A DNA stretch of 64,000 nucleotides from Lama guanicoe (Eukaryota). Positions 12,905 to 25,790 of the stretch are shown piece by piece. A program made the position numbers and the translations under genes. The notes beneath the pieces are model-generated. The model was not told the DNA's origin and ran no database searches. It saw only the letters and a list, made by a program, of their open reading frames with translations. The number at the start of each line of letters is the position of its first letter. Within the stretch, counting starts at the first letter, position 1. The stretch is taken from contig MU056905.1 of the NCBI GenBank assembly GCA_013239625.1, positions 21,003,552 to 21,067,551 on the forward strand, in the 5' to 3' direction.

Positions 12905-14647
12905 ATCCAGTGTCACTCTTTTGCATATGTATATCTATCTTCCCCAGCACCATTTATTGAAGAGACTATCCTTTCACTATTGAGTGTTCTTGGCTCTCTT
13001 GTTAAATATTAGTCAACTGTATATGCATAGGTTTATTTCTTTCATCTCAATTCTGTTTTGTTGGTCTATGTGTCTGTTTTTATGCCAGTATCATACTATT
13101 TTGATTACTCTGGCTTTGTAACATAGTTGGAAGTCAGGAAATGTGATATCTTTTTTGTTCTTCATCCTCAGAATTACTTTGTTGGGGGCCTTTAGTGGTT
13201 CCATATGAATTTAGGATTGTTTTTTCTATTTCTGTAAATGATGCCATTGGAATTTTGATAGCAGTTGCAGTGAGTCTGTGACTTTGGGTAGTATGGATAT
13301 TTTAATAATATTAATTCTATTCCATGAACGCAGGGTGTCTTTCCATTTATTTGTATCTTACATAGTTTCTCTCATCAATTTCTTATAATTTTCAGAGTAC
13401 AGATCTTTTACCTTCTTGGTTAAATTTATTCCTAAGTATTTTATTATTTTTGATGCTATTATAATTTGGATTATTTTCTTTATTCCTTTTTTCAGGTAGT
13501 TTATTGTTAGTGTACTGAAATGCAACTTTTTTTTACATTTTTTTTTAATTGAAATGTAGTCAGTTTACAATGTTGTGTCAATTTCTGGTGTTTAATGTTT
13601 AAGCATAATGTTTCAGTCCATACGTGTACATATATATTCATTTTCATACTCTTTTTTATTGTAGGTTACTACAAGAGCAGCTGGTTTTTGTATGTTAGTA
13701 TCTGTGCCTTTGAAGGAGCAAACACCTCTTCCAGCCTTTACAGACTGGTTTTGGCAGGTAAAGTCCTTCTGTCAGTTCCCTGGGCTGATGGGGTAACCTC
13801 TAGAATTGCAGTCATGCTGGATTGGAGCTAGTTTCCATGCTGCCACTAGGTCCACAGTGAGGTCTACTGTTGGAGCAGGCTTGTTACCAAGGGCTAGGGT
13901 GGGCATGGATCCTTGCTGGTCTCTGGGTGGGTGGGACTGCTTCTAGTTCCTTGTTCAGTAGGGTAATACAGGAATAAATGTCCACTTCAGGGTCCACAAT
14001 TGGGTCCTCAGTCAGTGGGCTTATTACCAGATATGCAGACAGGTGTGGCTTCTGCCAGGTCCCTCTGAGGGCTCCCAGGATCTCCAGGGGCACAGACAGG
14101 AATATCTTTTACCAGGTCCCCAAAACAGCAGGACTGCTTGCGGACTATGCCTAGAATAGTCTGAACCCTCATTATCGGAAGCCCTTTCAGAATATACAGC
14201 CTGAGCAAAGTGAGTTTGCCCCCAGAGGTTCCTGGATCATAGCTGAGAAGGGCTAGAGTGAGTTCATAAGCCACTTCAAGTCTACAACTGGGACCAAGTT
14301 CTGTATGCTTATTACCCAATACACAGGACTCCCCCGAGTCCCTTGGTATATGGTGTTGATGCCAGGACCCAGCCACATGGGCTGTGGTTGAGTCCTCGGG
14401 GGTATGGAGCTGTTTCCAGGTCTGTAGCCAGGACCAGGGTTGGTGAGTTAGCCACCTGGGTGCTAGTCTGTGACCTCAAAATGGCTTTCCTTGGTCTTAG
14501 ACTTTACCTGGGCTTCATAGTCTCCTACTTGGATTACAAAACTCCCACAAAGGCACTTTTGTCCATAGATGGAGGCCAAATTATTGTTGTTCAGAGGGTA
14601 TAGAAGAAAGAACATCTTATTTGGTCATCTTGCTTTCATCGCTCTCC
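12905..14647 (-). mobile_element. Antisense L1 mosaic: late ORF2 (12905-13525), young L1 3' tail (13530-13675), L1M 5' UTR (13675-14647)
   Basis: CCCAGCACCATTTATTGAAGAGACT (ORF2); TTTTTTAATTGAAATGTAGTCAGTTTACAATGTTGTG (3' end); reverse complement GGAGAGCGATGAAAGCAAGATGACC (L1 5' start). Confidence 0.75.
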
Positions 14648-14682
14648 ACAACCTTGGTTTCCTGATCTAACCTTTTCTATGG

Positions 14683-15083
14683 TGTATTAGTCAGGTTTAT
14701 CCATAGAAGCAGAACCAATATACTATATGTATATGTATGTATGTATATGTATATATGTATATATATTAGAGACAGAGACAGAGATTTATTATAAGGAATT
14801 GACTCACACAGTTATGGAGAATATCAAGTCCAAATCTTCAGTGTGAGTCAACAGCCTCAAGACTCAGGAGAGCTGATATTACAGATGAAATCCATAGGCC
14901 ATCTGATGGAGAATTCCTTCTTGTTCCAGAAAGCTGGTCCTTTTGTTCTATTCAAAACTTCAACTGATTGAATGAGGTCCACCCACATAATGGAGGGCAA
15001 TCTGCTTACTTAAAGTTCGCCAATTTAAGTGTTCATCTTATCCAAGAACACCCCCAAGTTGACACATAAAAGTAACCATCACA
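14683..15083 (-). mobile_element. MLT2-type ERVL solo LTR
   Basis: TG...CA termini (TGTATTAGTCAGG...AAGTTGACACATAAAAGTAACCATCACA), perfect 5-bp TSD TATGG at 14678-14682 and 15084-15088. Confidence 0.88.
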
Positions 15084-17984
15084 TATGGCCACCTATATCT
15101 TCATTGTTTTCAAGAGTCTTGGTGTCACCTGGTAACAATATTTGCATTATTCCAAAGTCTGGTGTCAGCATGAGGGAAGAGACTTGGGCCAGGCAGGGCT
15201 GAGTTTAAGCTCTCTGAAACTCATTTGCTTTATTGGTATGATTAAAATTAAAATGTCCTTCAGATATGTAGTTGCTAAAAAGATTAAAATATTATACACT
15301 TAGCAGAATATCTGGTCCATGGAATATATTCAAGTAAATATTAAATCCTTTCCTTCCTTATTCTCAGTTTTCTATAGTTTTCATATGCCAAGGATATTAT
15401 CTTTAGATACTTGTTCTTTGTCTTATTTGGGGATTCGTTAGCTGCAAATTAATAAAAACCTGTTGAAATGCGCTCAACTAAAAAGAAAAGTGAGGAAAAT
15501 GAGGACTGTTATAATGTTATAAGAGGCACTCTTACGTGTTTCCTTAAAAGGGAAATAAGATTTAACTGAGCCTCACTGGGAAGGAACTAGGGACTGGACT
15601 CTGCATCTGTGATATCTGCCCCATTCATTTCTCAGTGGAGTCACTTCCTCTGATATCTGCTTCATTCATCACTTCTGTTCCTCATTTAATTTGGTTTGCA
15701 TCTAGTTTTGGTCAGAACTGACTCTGCTCCAGCTTGGCATGACCTCAGTTCTCTCAAGAATGAGAGTTTGATTAGTTGTGGGCCATCCAATAGACTTCCT
15801 GACACCAATGCAAGTATCCATTCTGGTCCATTCAGGACTGTATGACATGCTACAAGCACGGTCACTTAGTTTTGCCTGCCAAGGAAGAGGGAGATAGAAA
15901 AGAGACTTATATATGTAAAAGCCCCCCAAAACGTGTTGACCATTGTTCCCTCACTTTCCACCTATCAAATACTGGCAATTTGTTTTTTAATTTCAGGGGA
16001 ATAAGTACTCTTTACTCTCAGAGAGGTTTTCTTCTCCTTATGCTTCCCCCAGAGAAGAAAATAGTTTCCCCAAGAGAGGAAAACAGAATTTACCCAAGCT
16101 GAGATAACACCAGTTTATTGACCCTCTTTTGAATAAGATATCTTTTAAAAACCGTTTGTGCTTGACATTCTCCTAAGAGACCGAGCCTGTGGGCTTACTT
16201 TCTTACTTACTGCCATAACACTCAATTTCATTATGTCATCTTGTCATTGCTACACATAATCTCAGGAGGCCCTGGGAAATCGGGCCAGGCTGAATGCTTT
16301 GCATTCCAAGCATCTCCTTCTCTTCTCATCAAAGTATAACTCTGATGCTCTTTATACAAAATAACCAACCAAAGATGGTTATGACCACATGGATAAAATC
16401 AGATGAAGATTTAAGGTATTATCAGGTCAGTTTTATCAATTTCAACAGCCGGCCCAGATAATTAGTGCAGGGAGAAAAAGATCTTCTTTACTCAAAGGCT
16501 TGTCTTTTGTGCTCAATTATTCATGTTAGAGCTTCATACCTTCCCTTTGCTTGACGAACCTGTCTGTGTTTTCGTGAGCCACAAAGCTCAGTATCTAGGT
16601 AGCTTAGTAAAATTTCATCTTTAGCTACCATTTTCCCTGCGATGTTCATGGGTAGAAATTGTTCATTTTAAAGTATACAAAGCCAAAATTGAATATGGCA
16701 TTTTATTGTTTGAGACCGAAGGTTGCATGCAAAGATCTGCATACTATGCAAATACATTTTTAGTGTTTCCACATAGCCTTTATGAAACTTGGCAACCCCC
16801 ACCAAGCCCTCAAGTAATGTGCTTGTGTTTGACATAGGTTAATTCAGTGAATGCTTTACTTCTTTTCTAAAGGCATGTGAAGCAGTCACTCAGAGTGGCC
16901 AAGTGCTGGTGTGTTATTGACACTGCCATAACACAGTGTAATCTTACTCATTTATCAGTTTTCACTCAGGAGGACCTGAGGCTGAGCTCATTTAGAGACT
17001 GAATTATCTCTGGCCCTCAGAGCCAGATGGCAAGTTTCTGTGAAGGTGGGGGAAAATAGCTTCCAGGCATTATTGGAAAGTAATCTCCACACCTGCCATG
17101 GTCTATGGACCAGACTGATAAAAACAGAACATACTACATTCCTCCCATCAACACACAGCCCCAAACAAACACCCCACAGCCAGAACCAAATTCAGCATGA
17201 AATGTAGATGTTATCGCCCCCTGTGCTTACAAGTCCCATTGGACCCAAACTCTCTAAAATACTAATTCTATACTTTAGAAAAGAAAAATTGGGTCAGCTA
17301 TCACTTTCCTTCCAGGTGCTTAAGTAATACGTCTTTTCTTCTTGTCGTTATGAAACGTCATGTCAAAGACAGAGAAGAATGAGAAGCACTCATGTGTACA
17401 TTTACCAGAGTATTATTAAAGAGAAGGAATTACTTTGCTTCAAAGGTAGAGATTTACAACACCTGTATACTGTTTCTAAAGGGGATAATAAAAGGTTTGG
17501 TCAGTTCTACTTATACTTTTGGGGTTTTTTGACTTAACATGTGTATGTTAAAACACACACAATGTATCTGTAATGTATGAATTCTATATATCCTGCCTGC
17601 CCCTTGGAGTTATCAAGAGAGTGATTCATTCATTTTCTCAGTTAGTAACTATGTTTGGTTGAAGGGATACAAAAATGGAGAGGATGTGGTTTAGTTTATA
17701 AAGGAGTCCATCCTGGAGAAAGGATTAAATTATGTAATGATATGGATAGTAACTCATGTTGTTTAAGAAAGTTGTCATTGTGCTAATACGTTTTCATAAT
17801 TGTGGACCTTTTATTTTCTACCCAAACTGGTAGATATAGGCACTTTCAGAATTATTGGAGCAAGATGGTTTATAGCAGACATATGCTGAGTTGGCATTTT
17901 CAATAGTCTGTCTATTAGAATCTTACTAATTTTACATGAATGCTTCTTGTTTTCCTCTGACTGTATTAAATTAGTAACGAAGTA

Positions 17985-18215
17985 GTGCTAGAGGTATTGG
18001 AGAACATGGGCTTTAGAGTCAGCCAGACCTGAAGTTGACGCTTGGTTTTACCAATAAATCACTGAGTGACCTTGGGAAAAATATCCCATAAATGCTGGCC
18101 TTTATTGTCCTCATCTACTAAATGGGGATGGCAATCCTTAATTCTCAAAATTTTTATGAGTTAGATATGATTCTGTATTTAAAAGCGCCTAAGAGAGTAA
18201 GTGGTTCAATAAACA
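17985..18215 (+). mobile_element. MIR SINE
   Basis: GGGCTTTAGAGTCAGCCAGACCTG...GTGACCTTGGGAAA...CCTCATCTACTAAATGGGGAT. Confidence 0.75.
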
Positions 18216-19329
18216 GCAAAAATAAATGATCAGATTTTGCTCCATAGAAAACCTGGTCATTATAACATGACAACTGAAGGCCTCAGACAAATTGATACCT
18301 TTCCAAGTCCAGCTCTAGGGAATCATTTCAAAGACATGTTAAATTTTTTTAACTATGTATGAATCTCCTAGGAGATTTTTGTCATATTAAATAAGTCTAG
18401 AAAGTCATTCATATGACATCCTTCTCAGTCTGCTAGGGGAAAACAAAATGTTAAATCCAACAAGAGGATGAGGACTTCAGGCTGCTTTTTTTTTTTTCCT
18501 TCCAAGAGGGATAGCTCTTAATCAGAGTTCATTCTCCATTCAAAGTAATCTGTGAAGACTGGCATGAAAATGCAGATTCCTAATTGAACAAAGACAATTA
18601 TTTCCAGATTGAAGTACAGTGGTGAAAAGCTCTGTGCTCCAATTACCGTCAGACTTTTACTTCAAATGGGAGGCTGAAATCACAGATGAGTTAGCCTTAA
18701 TTGGGAGAAATGGCTGAAATTGTACTTTTAATACCCTACTGTAACATCGTCTATGTAGGTCATCTTTTTTCATGTATACATGACAGAGCCCTGTTTATGT
18801 CCATTTGGGACAGCAAGCTGTAATGGCAAGAGGGATAGCCTTTTTTCAAACAAAGGTAAAAGCATCTCAAAGTTAATCAGAACCATAAAACAGTATAGCT
18901 TTTAGATAAAGGAATACAAGAGTACGTTCTTTTTTGTAACTATGTGTAAACTCATAGACAGACAAGAAAGCCTAACTCAAGATAGTGTTAGTTCAAGAAA
19001 GATTTTCCTTGATCCTAACTATCCCTTCATAATATATCCACTTAAAAACTCTCGGAGAGTAGCCCAACTATGAATACATGGGTCCCCCCAGATTAGGGTA
19101 GGTCTAAAAGATTTTTAAAAGATTGAAAGAAAGACAAATACAATGGATAGATGAAGTCTGTGATCCTCAAACAATCAGCAAACACCCAAGGAAGAAGGAG
19201 GGCCTGTGTATGGTTGAGTCAGGATGGCAGAGATTAGGATATAGAAACGTTGTTAGTAAAGATTCCTCTGCTAATTTTCTTCTTTCACATCAGCTGGGGA
19301 CTCTAGAATCAGACACATGAAGCCTTGTC

Positions 19330-19930
19330 ACCAGCCACCATGAATCATTTGCTCTGTGTAGACGTTTCCCATTTTCAAAGGGATTTCACAAACTGTCTTT
19401 CATTTGATCCTTATCCCTCCCAGCTAGGTTTGGTGGATATTGTCTCTTTTTACGAATGGAGAAACTGAGTCCCAGATCCTTGCTTAGGGTGACATAGTGA
19501 ATGAGAGTAGAGCTGGGATGAGGACCCAGCCTTTGACTAATAACTAACCCAGTGTAACACATGCCAGTGGATCAGTCATGAATGACTTCCACACCTTAGC
19601 GTGAGTACCACCACATGCCACTGTCTTTCAGCCCCAGAAACTGTAATAAAACATCTGTGCTGTCTGTCATCTTACATTCATTAGCTTTCACAATGAACTA
19701 GGTCTTTGTTGTTATCCCCATCTTACAGATGTGGAAACTGGGGGGCACAAAGGGTAGATGACTTTTCCAAAGTCAGACAATTAGTTAGTCTGACAAATTA
19801 GTTAGACAATTAGTCCATTGTCTATTAGTTAGTCAGACAATTAGTCAGACAAAAAGTCAGACAATTAGTGCTGGACCTAGACCCAAACCAGCATCACTGA
19901 CTCCAAATGCTGTGGTTTTTCCTTTTACCA
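19330..19930 (-). mobile_element. Two MIR SINEs (19330-19560, 19680-19930)
   Basis: GGAGAAACTGAGTCCCAG; TTATCCCCATCTTACAGATGTGGAAACTG. Confidence 0.7.
19771..19870. repeat. Imperfect AGTCAGACAATT tandem array inside a MIR
   Basis: Repeated GACAATTAG units with inverted fragments (TCTGAC, TTGTCTA). Confidence 0.85.
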
Positions 19931-19984
19931 CGAGAGACCTGGGTTTCTACCTCCATCGCTTCAGCTGCTGTTCACAGGATCTAT

Positions 19985-20660
19985 TCATTCGTTCAACAAA
20001 AACTATAGCAGTGGACAAAATTGACCCAAACCCCTGTCCCTATAGAGCTTACATTCTAGAAGGAAAAATAGATAATACACAAAATAAGTAAAGAAAAATA
20101 CTGTGTATTTGATGGTGGTAAGTGCTATGGAGAAAAATAAAGCTAGAAAGGATTTTCTGGAGACAGAAAAGTTGTTTTAGATCGGGTCGTCTTTGGAGGC
20201 TTCACTGAAAGGTGGCAACTCAACAAAGACCTGAGGGAGGTGAGAGAGTGAATCTGCAGTTTCAGGCAGAGGGAGGAGCAAGAATTCCCAAGCTCAGCGT
20301 TTACTTGACTTATTCAAGGAATCACGCGGAAGCGAATGTGGCAGGAGCTGAGTGGGCAGACAGCAGAAGAGTAAGGGGGAAGGGCCTGGAGTAATGGGAA
20401 GCCAAACAGAGCCAGGTTCAGGACAGCACGAGTGAAGTGGAAGTGGTTGGAGGGTTTTGATTAAAGGACATCATCATCTAACTTAATGTTGAAAAGATCG
20501 TTCTAGATCTGTGCTGAGAATAAACTGAACAAGGGTCTCTCATGGGCAGAAAAATCAATTAGGAGGCAAATAACAACAATTATTATTAAATTAAAATAAA
20601 ATAGGCAAAACATGATTGACATGGGCTTCAACAAGGGAGGTGGGGAGAAATGGTCCAAAA
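19985..20660 (-). mobile_element. L2 LINE 3' fragment
   Basis: ATTCATTCGTTCAACAAA...GAGCTTACATTCTAG...GATGGTGGTAAGTGCTATGGAGAAAAATAAAGC. Confidence 0.8.
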
Positions 20661-20719
20661 GCTAAGAAATAGGGCTGGCTCTACCCCTGCTGCTTCCTGT
20701 TTGCCTTAGTTGCTAAGTG

Positions 20720-21196
20720 TCTGGGAAACATGGAGAGGGAAGGCGCCCTCACAGGAAAGTGCTCCCAGGGGTGGTAGGCCTGAAGAGTGGGTTGCTCAGA
20801 TCTCCCTTCAGAAGAGAACTTGCTGAGGAGTGGGGCCAGCTGACGCCTGTATCTGCTGCACCCTGGGTGCCCAGCAGGGCTCTCCCCAAGGCCACACTGT
20901 CTCCAGGCTTCTCCCAGTCAGGCTCCTCCCTAATCAGGGCTCCTGTCACAGGCTGTCTTTGCTCTGAGCAGAGACTTCCCTGGGGCTGCACTGCAGTCTG
21001 AGGCTCTTTGCACCCAGTCCTCCTGCTTCCCCTCTCTCCCTTCACATACGTCACACCTACATTGTGGCCTGAGGACCTTCCCACCTACTCCCGTTCCTTC
21101 TCCCCTTTATCCTTCATAGGCATTTCCCCCCAATAAATCTCTTGCACATCAAATTCCACTTTGGCACCTGCTTCTCAGAGGACCCACACTGACACA
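20720..21196 (+). mobile_element. ERVL solo LTR (LTR33-like)
   Basis: Ends AATAAATCTCTTGCACATC...CTGCTTCTCAGAGGACCCACACTGACACA. Confidence 0.7.
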
Positions 21197-21679
21197 CCTG
21201 GCCTCTCTCATCTGCTTGGGGCTTCAGTAGCTCGCTCTCTGTCTGCTGAGGTTGTTAAACCCCCATTGGCATATCCAATTGTTTGCTCTAGCAGATAGCA
21301 AAAATGAGGCTACCACTAATAAAAATAAATATAAATTGGGCTCTTACTATGTGCCCAAAACTGAGCCAAGTGTTTCACATGGAGTGTATCTTTTTACTCA
21401 TGACCACAACCCAAGAAGGAATGTACTGTTTTATGTATGAGGAAACCAAGTCTGAGAAAGGTTAATTTGCCCAAATTCAGGTATGGCAAATGAAGGAGTT
21501 GCCATTGAACTTGGGCAGCCTGGGTATAGAGTATAAATCTTGCTACTATATCAATCTCAGGACAGGGTCCTCCCACTGCCCTGCCCCACTGAATTCATGC
21601 TTTTTGGCTGTTTGATGCCAGTCTGCAAGCATCATCATAAGATTTTGACCGAACTTATCCGTGGGACACAGCAAGAAGC

Positions 21680-21743
21680 TAGTACCTTAGTACCCTGGTA
21701 ACCTGGTACCCTGGTACCCTAGTATCCTAGTATCCTAGTACCA
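21680..21743. repeat. 8-bp tandem repeat, T(A/G)GTA(C/T)CC x8
   Basis: tagtacct tagtaccc tggtaacc tggtaccc tggtaccc tagtatcc tagtatcc tagtacca. Confidence 0.9.
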
Positions 21744-21989
21744 TTCCTATAATTAGATTTCCCACCAACTTCCCAAGGTCATAGAGTTCCACCTCTTCAG
21801 AATAGAGCTGTTCTCATTTCTCTGCAAATGTTGGTCTGATACCTGGCTGGTGTCTTTGTGACCACATTTCATAATTTGCCTTTTACTAATTTTAAGTGAC
21901 AGCTATTTCAAAAACTATCATAGGAAGAGAAAAAAGCCCTGAATTTGGATCAGAAGACCTGAATTGTAGTCCCAACTCCAACACTAAGG

Positions 21990-24010
21990 CCATTCAAGAT
22001 GTGTTCCATTGCTAGTCACAAAATCCCATCTGAGGTAGCCAAGGCAAAGAGAGTATTTATTTGCTGTCCAAACTGGGAAGTCCAAAGGGTAGCTCTACTT
22101 TCAGACATGACTGTGTTTAAGGATTCAAACAATAACATTAGGACTGTCTCTCTCACTGCATCTATTATCTCTGTCTGCCACTGTTGGGGCTTTGTTCTTG
22201 CAGGCCTGTTTTATTTGACAGTAAAGATGGCTCTCCCTGACTTTATGCTACATTTTTCTCAACACTAGAGATCATGAAAGAAGAAAAACTCTCTCTTTAT
22301 TCAAATAAATCTCTAAATAAGGACGTGATTGGCTGTGTTTAGGACAGGTGCTTGACTATGAATCAGTCATTAGGTCTAGGGTGATGACATATTCTGATGA
22401 GCCAGCCTGGGTCACGAATGCACCTCTGCAGTGGAGAATATGGAACCGAGTGATTAATCACTACATCAGCAGGAGATATTTATTCCTTCAGTGAAAACAA
22501 GAAAAGATGCTGGCAAGTAAATTTAACAGCTTTACCCAACACATTAAAATACACATTGTGCCCCTCCTCAGGGCAACAATCCAAAGGCCCATCTGTCTGC
22601 CATGTCCAGCTCAAAGTCCCAATTCCTGGGTCATACGCAGTCCTCTTCATCAGGTCCAGATGTAGCTCCTTGTGATCCAGCAAGTTAAAATAAAAACTAG
22701 TTATCCGACCCCATATATCTCCCTCCCGACCCTGGCACACAGCTACAATACACTCAGTATGTAACAGTGAAACAAGGACAGGCTACCTGCAACAAATGTC
22801 CTCCCTTCAATTCAGAGAAGAATGGTAAACTAGGAGCCTTGAGTCTTCAGCAATGACAAAACCCTTGACCTGGTAGTGGAGGAAGCTCCTTGATTTGACC
22901 CTAGATAAGTGTTTTAGAATCTATTTGCTTTTAGCCAGTTCCAAGGACCAATGACTAAATTTAAAATTCTTACCTAAACATGTTCTTACAGCCTGCTTCA
23001 TTTATTCACTTTCTCACCTCCTACCTCTTTCTTCCTCTCAACTTAATGTTGCCTCACTGGAGGTTATCTCAAGCCATAGCCATGGATAGGAAAGCAACAC
23101 AATCTGAATTCTGCTACAAACCCAGGTCCTTCTACTTAACTGAGAAATCTCTGGGGTCTTTTGTTACTTAACATCTTTCTGTTATTTCCTGCTATTTAGG
23201 GTCCAGAAGTAAATAACTCTTTTCTATGAGGTTCCCTGTTTTTGGACCCTTTCTCTTTTCTCTGTTCCCTCCACACACACTTTTTTTGGTAATTTTTGCC
23301 TGAGAGTACCTCTTTCCTAGAATCCTTGGACTATACCAAGAATTAATCAACACACACTAACATCTGGCTTTTCCAAATTCTTCACGTTGAAATACAAACT
23401 CCAAAGGTATTTCTTCTGCCTTCCAATTGCTGCAGCAACTGTTTTATCGAATGTTTTCTTTTGGAACCAGGGATCTCTGGTCTCTGGCAGCTCTGTTTTC
23501 TCACCATCTGACAACCAAATACTAAGCAATTGCCATATATTTTAGATTTTAATTATAACATTACATCACTAATATTATACTACTTCAATTAGTGGTAGAA
23601 TAAGCTACACTTTTGTGACAAATACATCCAAAACTAAAAGATGACTCAAACACTGTAGAGGTTTCTCATTTATATACCAGTCTGGGGTCAGTATCCCTAA
23701 TTCTTGGGTTACTCTCTGCCACGTGGTCATTCAGGGACCCAGGTTCTATAGATTATTTTAATCTCACAGATCCACTCTCCCTTAAAGCTTTGCCATTATC
23801 TTTATTAAGTCAACAGAATAGAAAAAAAAGAGAGCATAGAAGGACCTACCCACTTCTTAAAAGCTTTGGCTCAAAAATGGCACACACCACTTCCACTTAC
23901 ATTCCATTGATTAAAATTTAGTCACTAGGACTCACTTAACTGCAAGAGAGACTGGGAAATGTAGTCTCACTATATGACCAAAAGAAAAGGAAACAGATTA
24001 TTGGTTGTGC
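21990..24010 (-). mobile_element. MaLR relic: MLT1-type LTR (21990-22500), MLT1 internal sequence (22530-23570), MLT1-type LTR (23590-24010)
   Basis: TTCCACTTACATTCCATTG...AACTGCAAGAGAGACTGGGAAATGTAGTCT (LTR); TTCTGCCTTCCAATTGCTGC...CAGTTTT (internal). Confidence 0.6.
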
Positions 24011-24439
24011 TAAGTAAAGAAAAAGTGTGTCTTAAGGGAGAGAGTGTTTAATTCTGCCAGTTGAAACTTAGGTACCAAATACATTGAGAGGTGATATATT
24101 CCTAAGGGACTTGGACAGTTGATTTTAATTAGAGTTTCTGTGGAATTAACCAGATACAATCTGGATTGACAGAGATTGAGATGAGTGGGAGGTGAAGCAA
24201 TTGAAGCAGCAAAGTAGTAAACCCTTTTAGGATCCTGGGATGTGAGGGAGAAAATAGAGAAAGATGGAATTGGGGGCAGACAAAGAATTTTAGTTTTTTG
24301 AACTGAAAAGACCCAAGTATGCATAAATAATGATTGTTTTCACCATACAAATGTATGTAACAATTTGTTACTGGCTCCTTCTCCTGCTAAAATGTGAAAA
24401 ATCAAATTAGTATTTCTTAAAGAGATAATGTCCTATTAG

Positions 24440-25790
24440 GTGAATACCTTTTGTGAGCATCTACAATATGCAAGGTACAGAGCTAATCATTATTTCATGA
24501 GCTCACAAGGAGGATATTATTAACTCTAATTTTTACAGATTAGGGAATTTAGTCTCAAACAGTTAGATATAGGATCAGTCATCAATCAGTACAGAAAACA
24601 GAACCCTCTCTAGTTATTTTAAGCAGAAAGAGATCTGGTTACTTAGTAAGCTGTTGTGAGAGTTGAAGAAGAGAGTTTTAGGCTGGACTTCCAGGGCTGA
24701 CTCCCAGAAAACTGGTGCCAAGAAAGTAGCACCTTTGCCACATCTTTTGGAATTGTTGATTTGAGAACATACAATGGGGTTGTGATAAAGCAAGAGGCCA
24801 CCCCTGCCACCATCACTTAATATCCAGCAGTTAAACTAGATATTGGAATGTTGTTTCACGAGGGAAAAAAAAAAAGGTTTGCTTGTCAACAGCAAAGGCC
24901 AGAACAGAACAATAGTGCTGCCTCCCTTTTACATTCGAAATCTCATGGGAGTGCATCTAACGGATGAAAGTTAATTTTCATCCAAAAAAGAGCTTCAAGG
25001 GAGTCTGAGAAATGTAATGTTTAACTTTCCAACCTCTGTAGCATCAGGAGGTGTGTAGCATGGAGTTGAAATGGTTGCTAAGGACCAATTCACCACAAAC
25101 ACCAGAGACAGTTACCAATAATTTAGGATTAAAACAAACTATTTATACTTCTTTCATGCCGTTCCTAGGTAAGTCTGTGGAAGAATGTCCCAATCTGGAG
25201 TTGTGCAGCATTGTTTTGCAAAATGTTATTAGTTATTACCATAAAAACACACTTGGGAAACCCTAGTTTATACCAACTAGAACATGTTTCTTCATTGCAG
25301 GACTTGGATGCTTTAATACGTGTGTAGGTTATCCATTGCCTAGGTAATGCTGAGTAACTCATTTCAGAACTTGATGGATTAAAAACTACTTATTATTGCT
25401 CATAAGTCTACCAGTTGGCTGGGTGGTGCTGCAGATCTTGGTTGGATGTGCTCCCATAAATGGGAATTGGCTGGTTGTTGACTGCTTTAGCATGGCTTCT
25501 GCCATGATGACATCAACTTGGTTCTGCTCCATGTGTTGCATCTTCCAGCACACGAGCTGGAAGAGAAAGGCAAGGAGCAAGAGAGACAGTAGAAAAGTTC
25601 AAACATCAAGTCTGCTAATATCCTATTATCCAAAGTGAGTCATATAGCCAAACAAAGGATGGATGGATCAAGGGACAAGGGAATATACTTCACCTTTTGA
25701 TGGAAGGTCCTGAAATGTTCCATTGTAAAGGACATGTAGGGAGAGCTGAATAATTGGGAACATTAATACAATCACTGTACCACAATATGC
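24440..25790 (-). mobile_element. MIR followed by old LTR fragments (24570-25090 unassigned LTR; 25340-25785 MLT1-like)
   Basis: TTTTACAGAT core; CTGCTAATATCCTATT...AAAGTGAGTCATATAGCCAA. Confidence 0.5.

Noticed and set aside
19771-21743. Short repeat arrays as possible CRISPR
   Set aside because: No unique spacers, units too short, mammalian context
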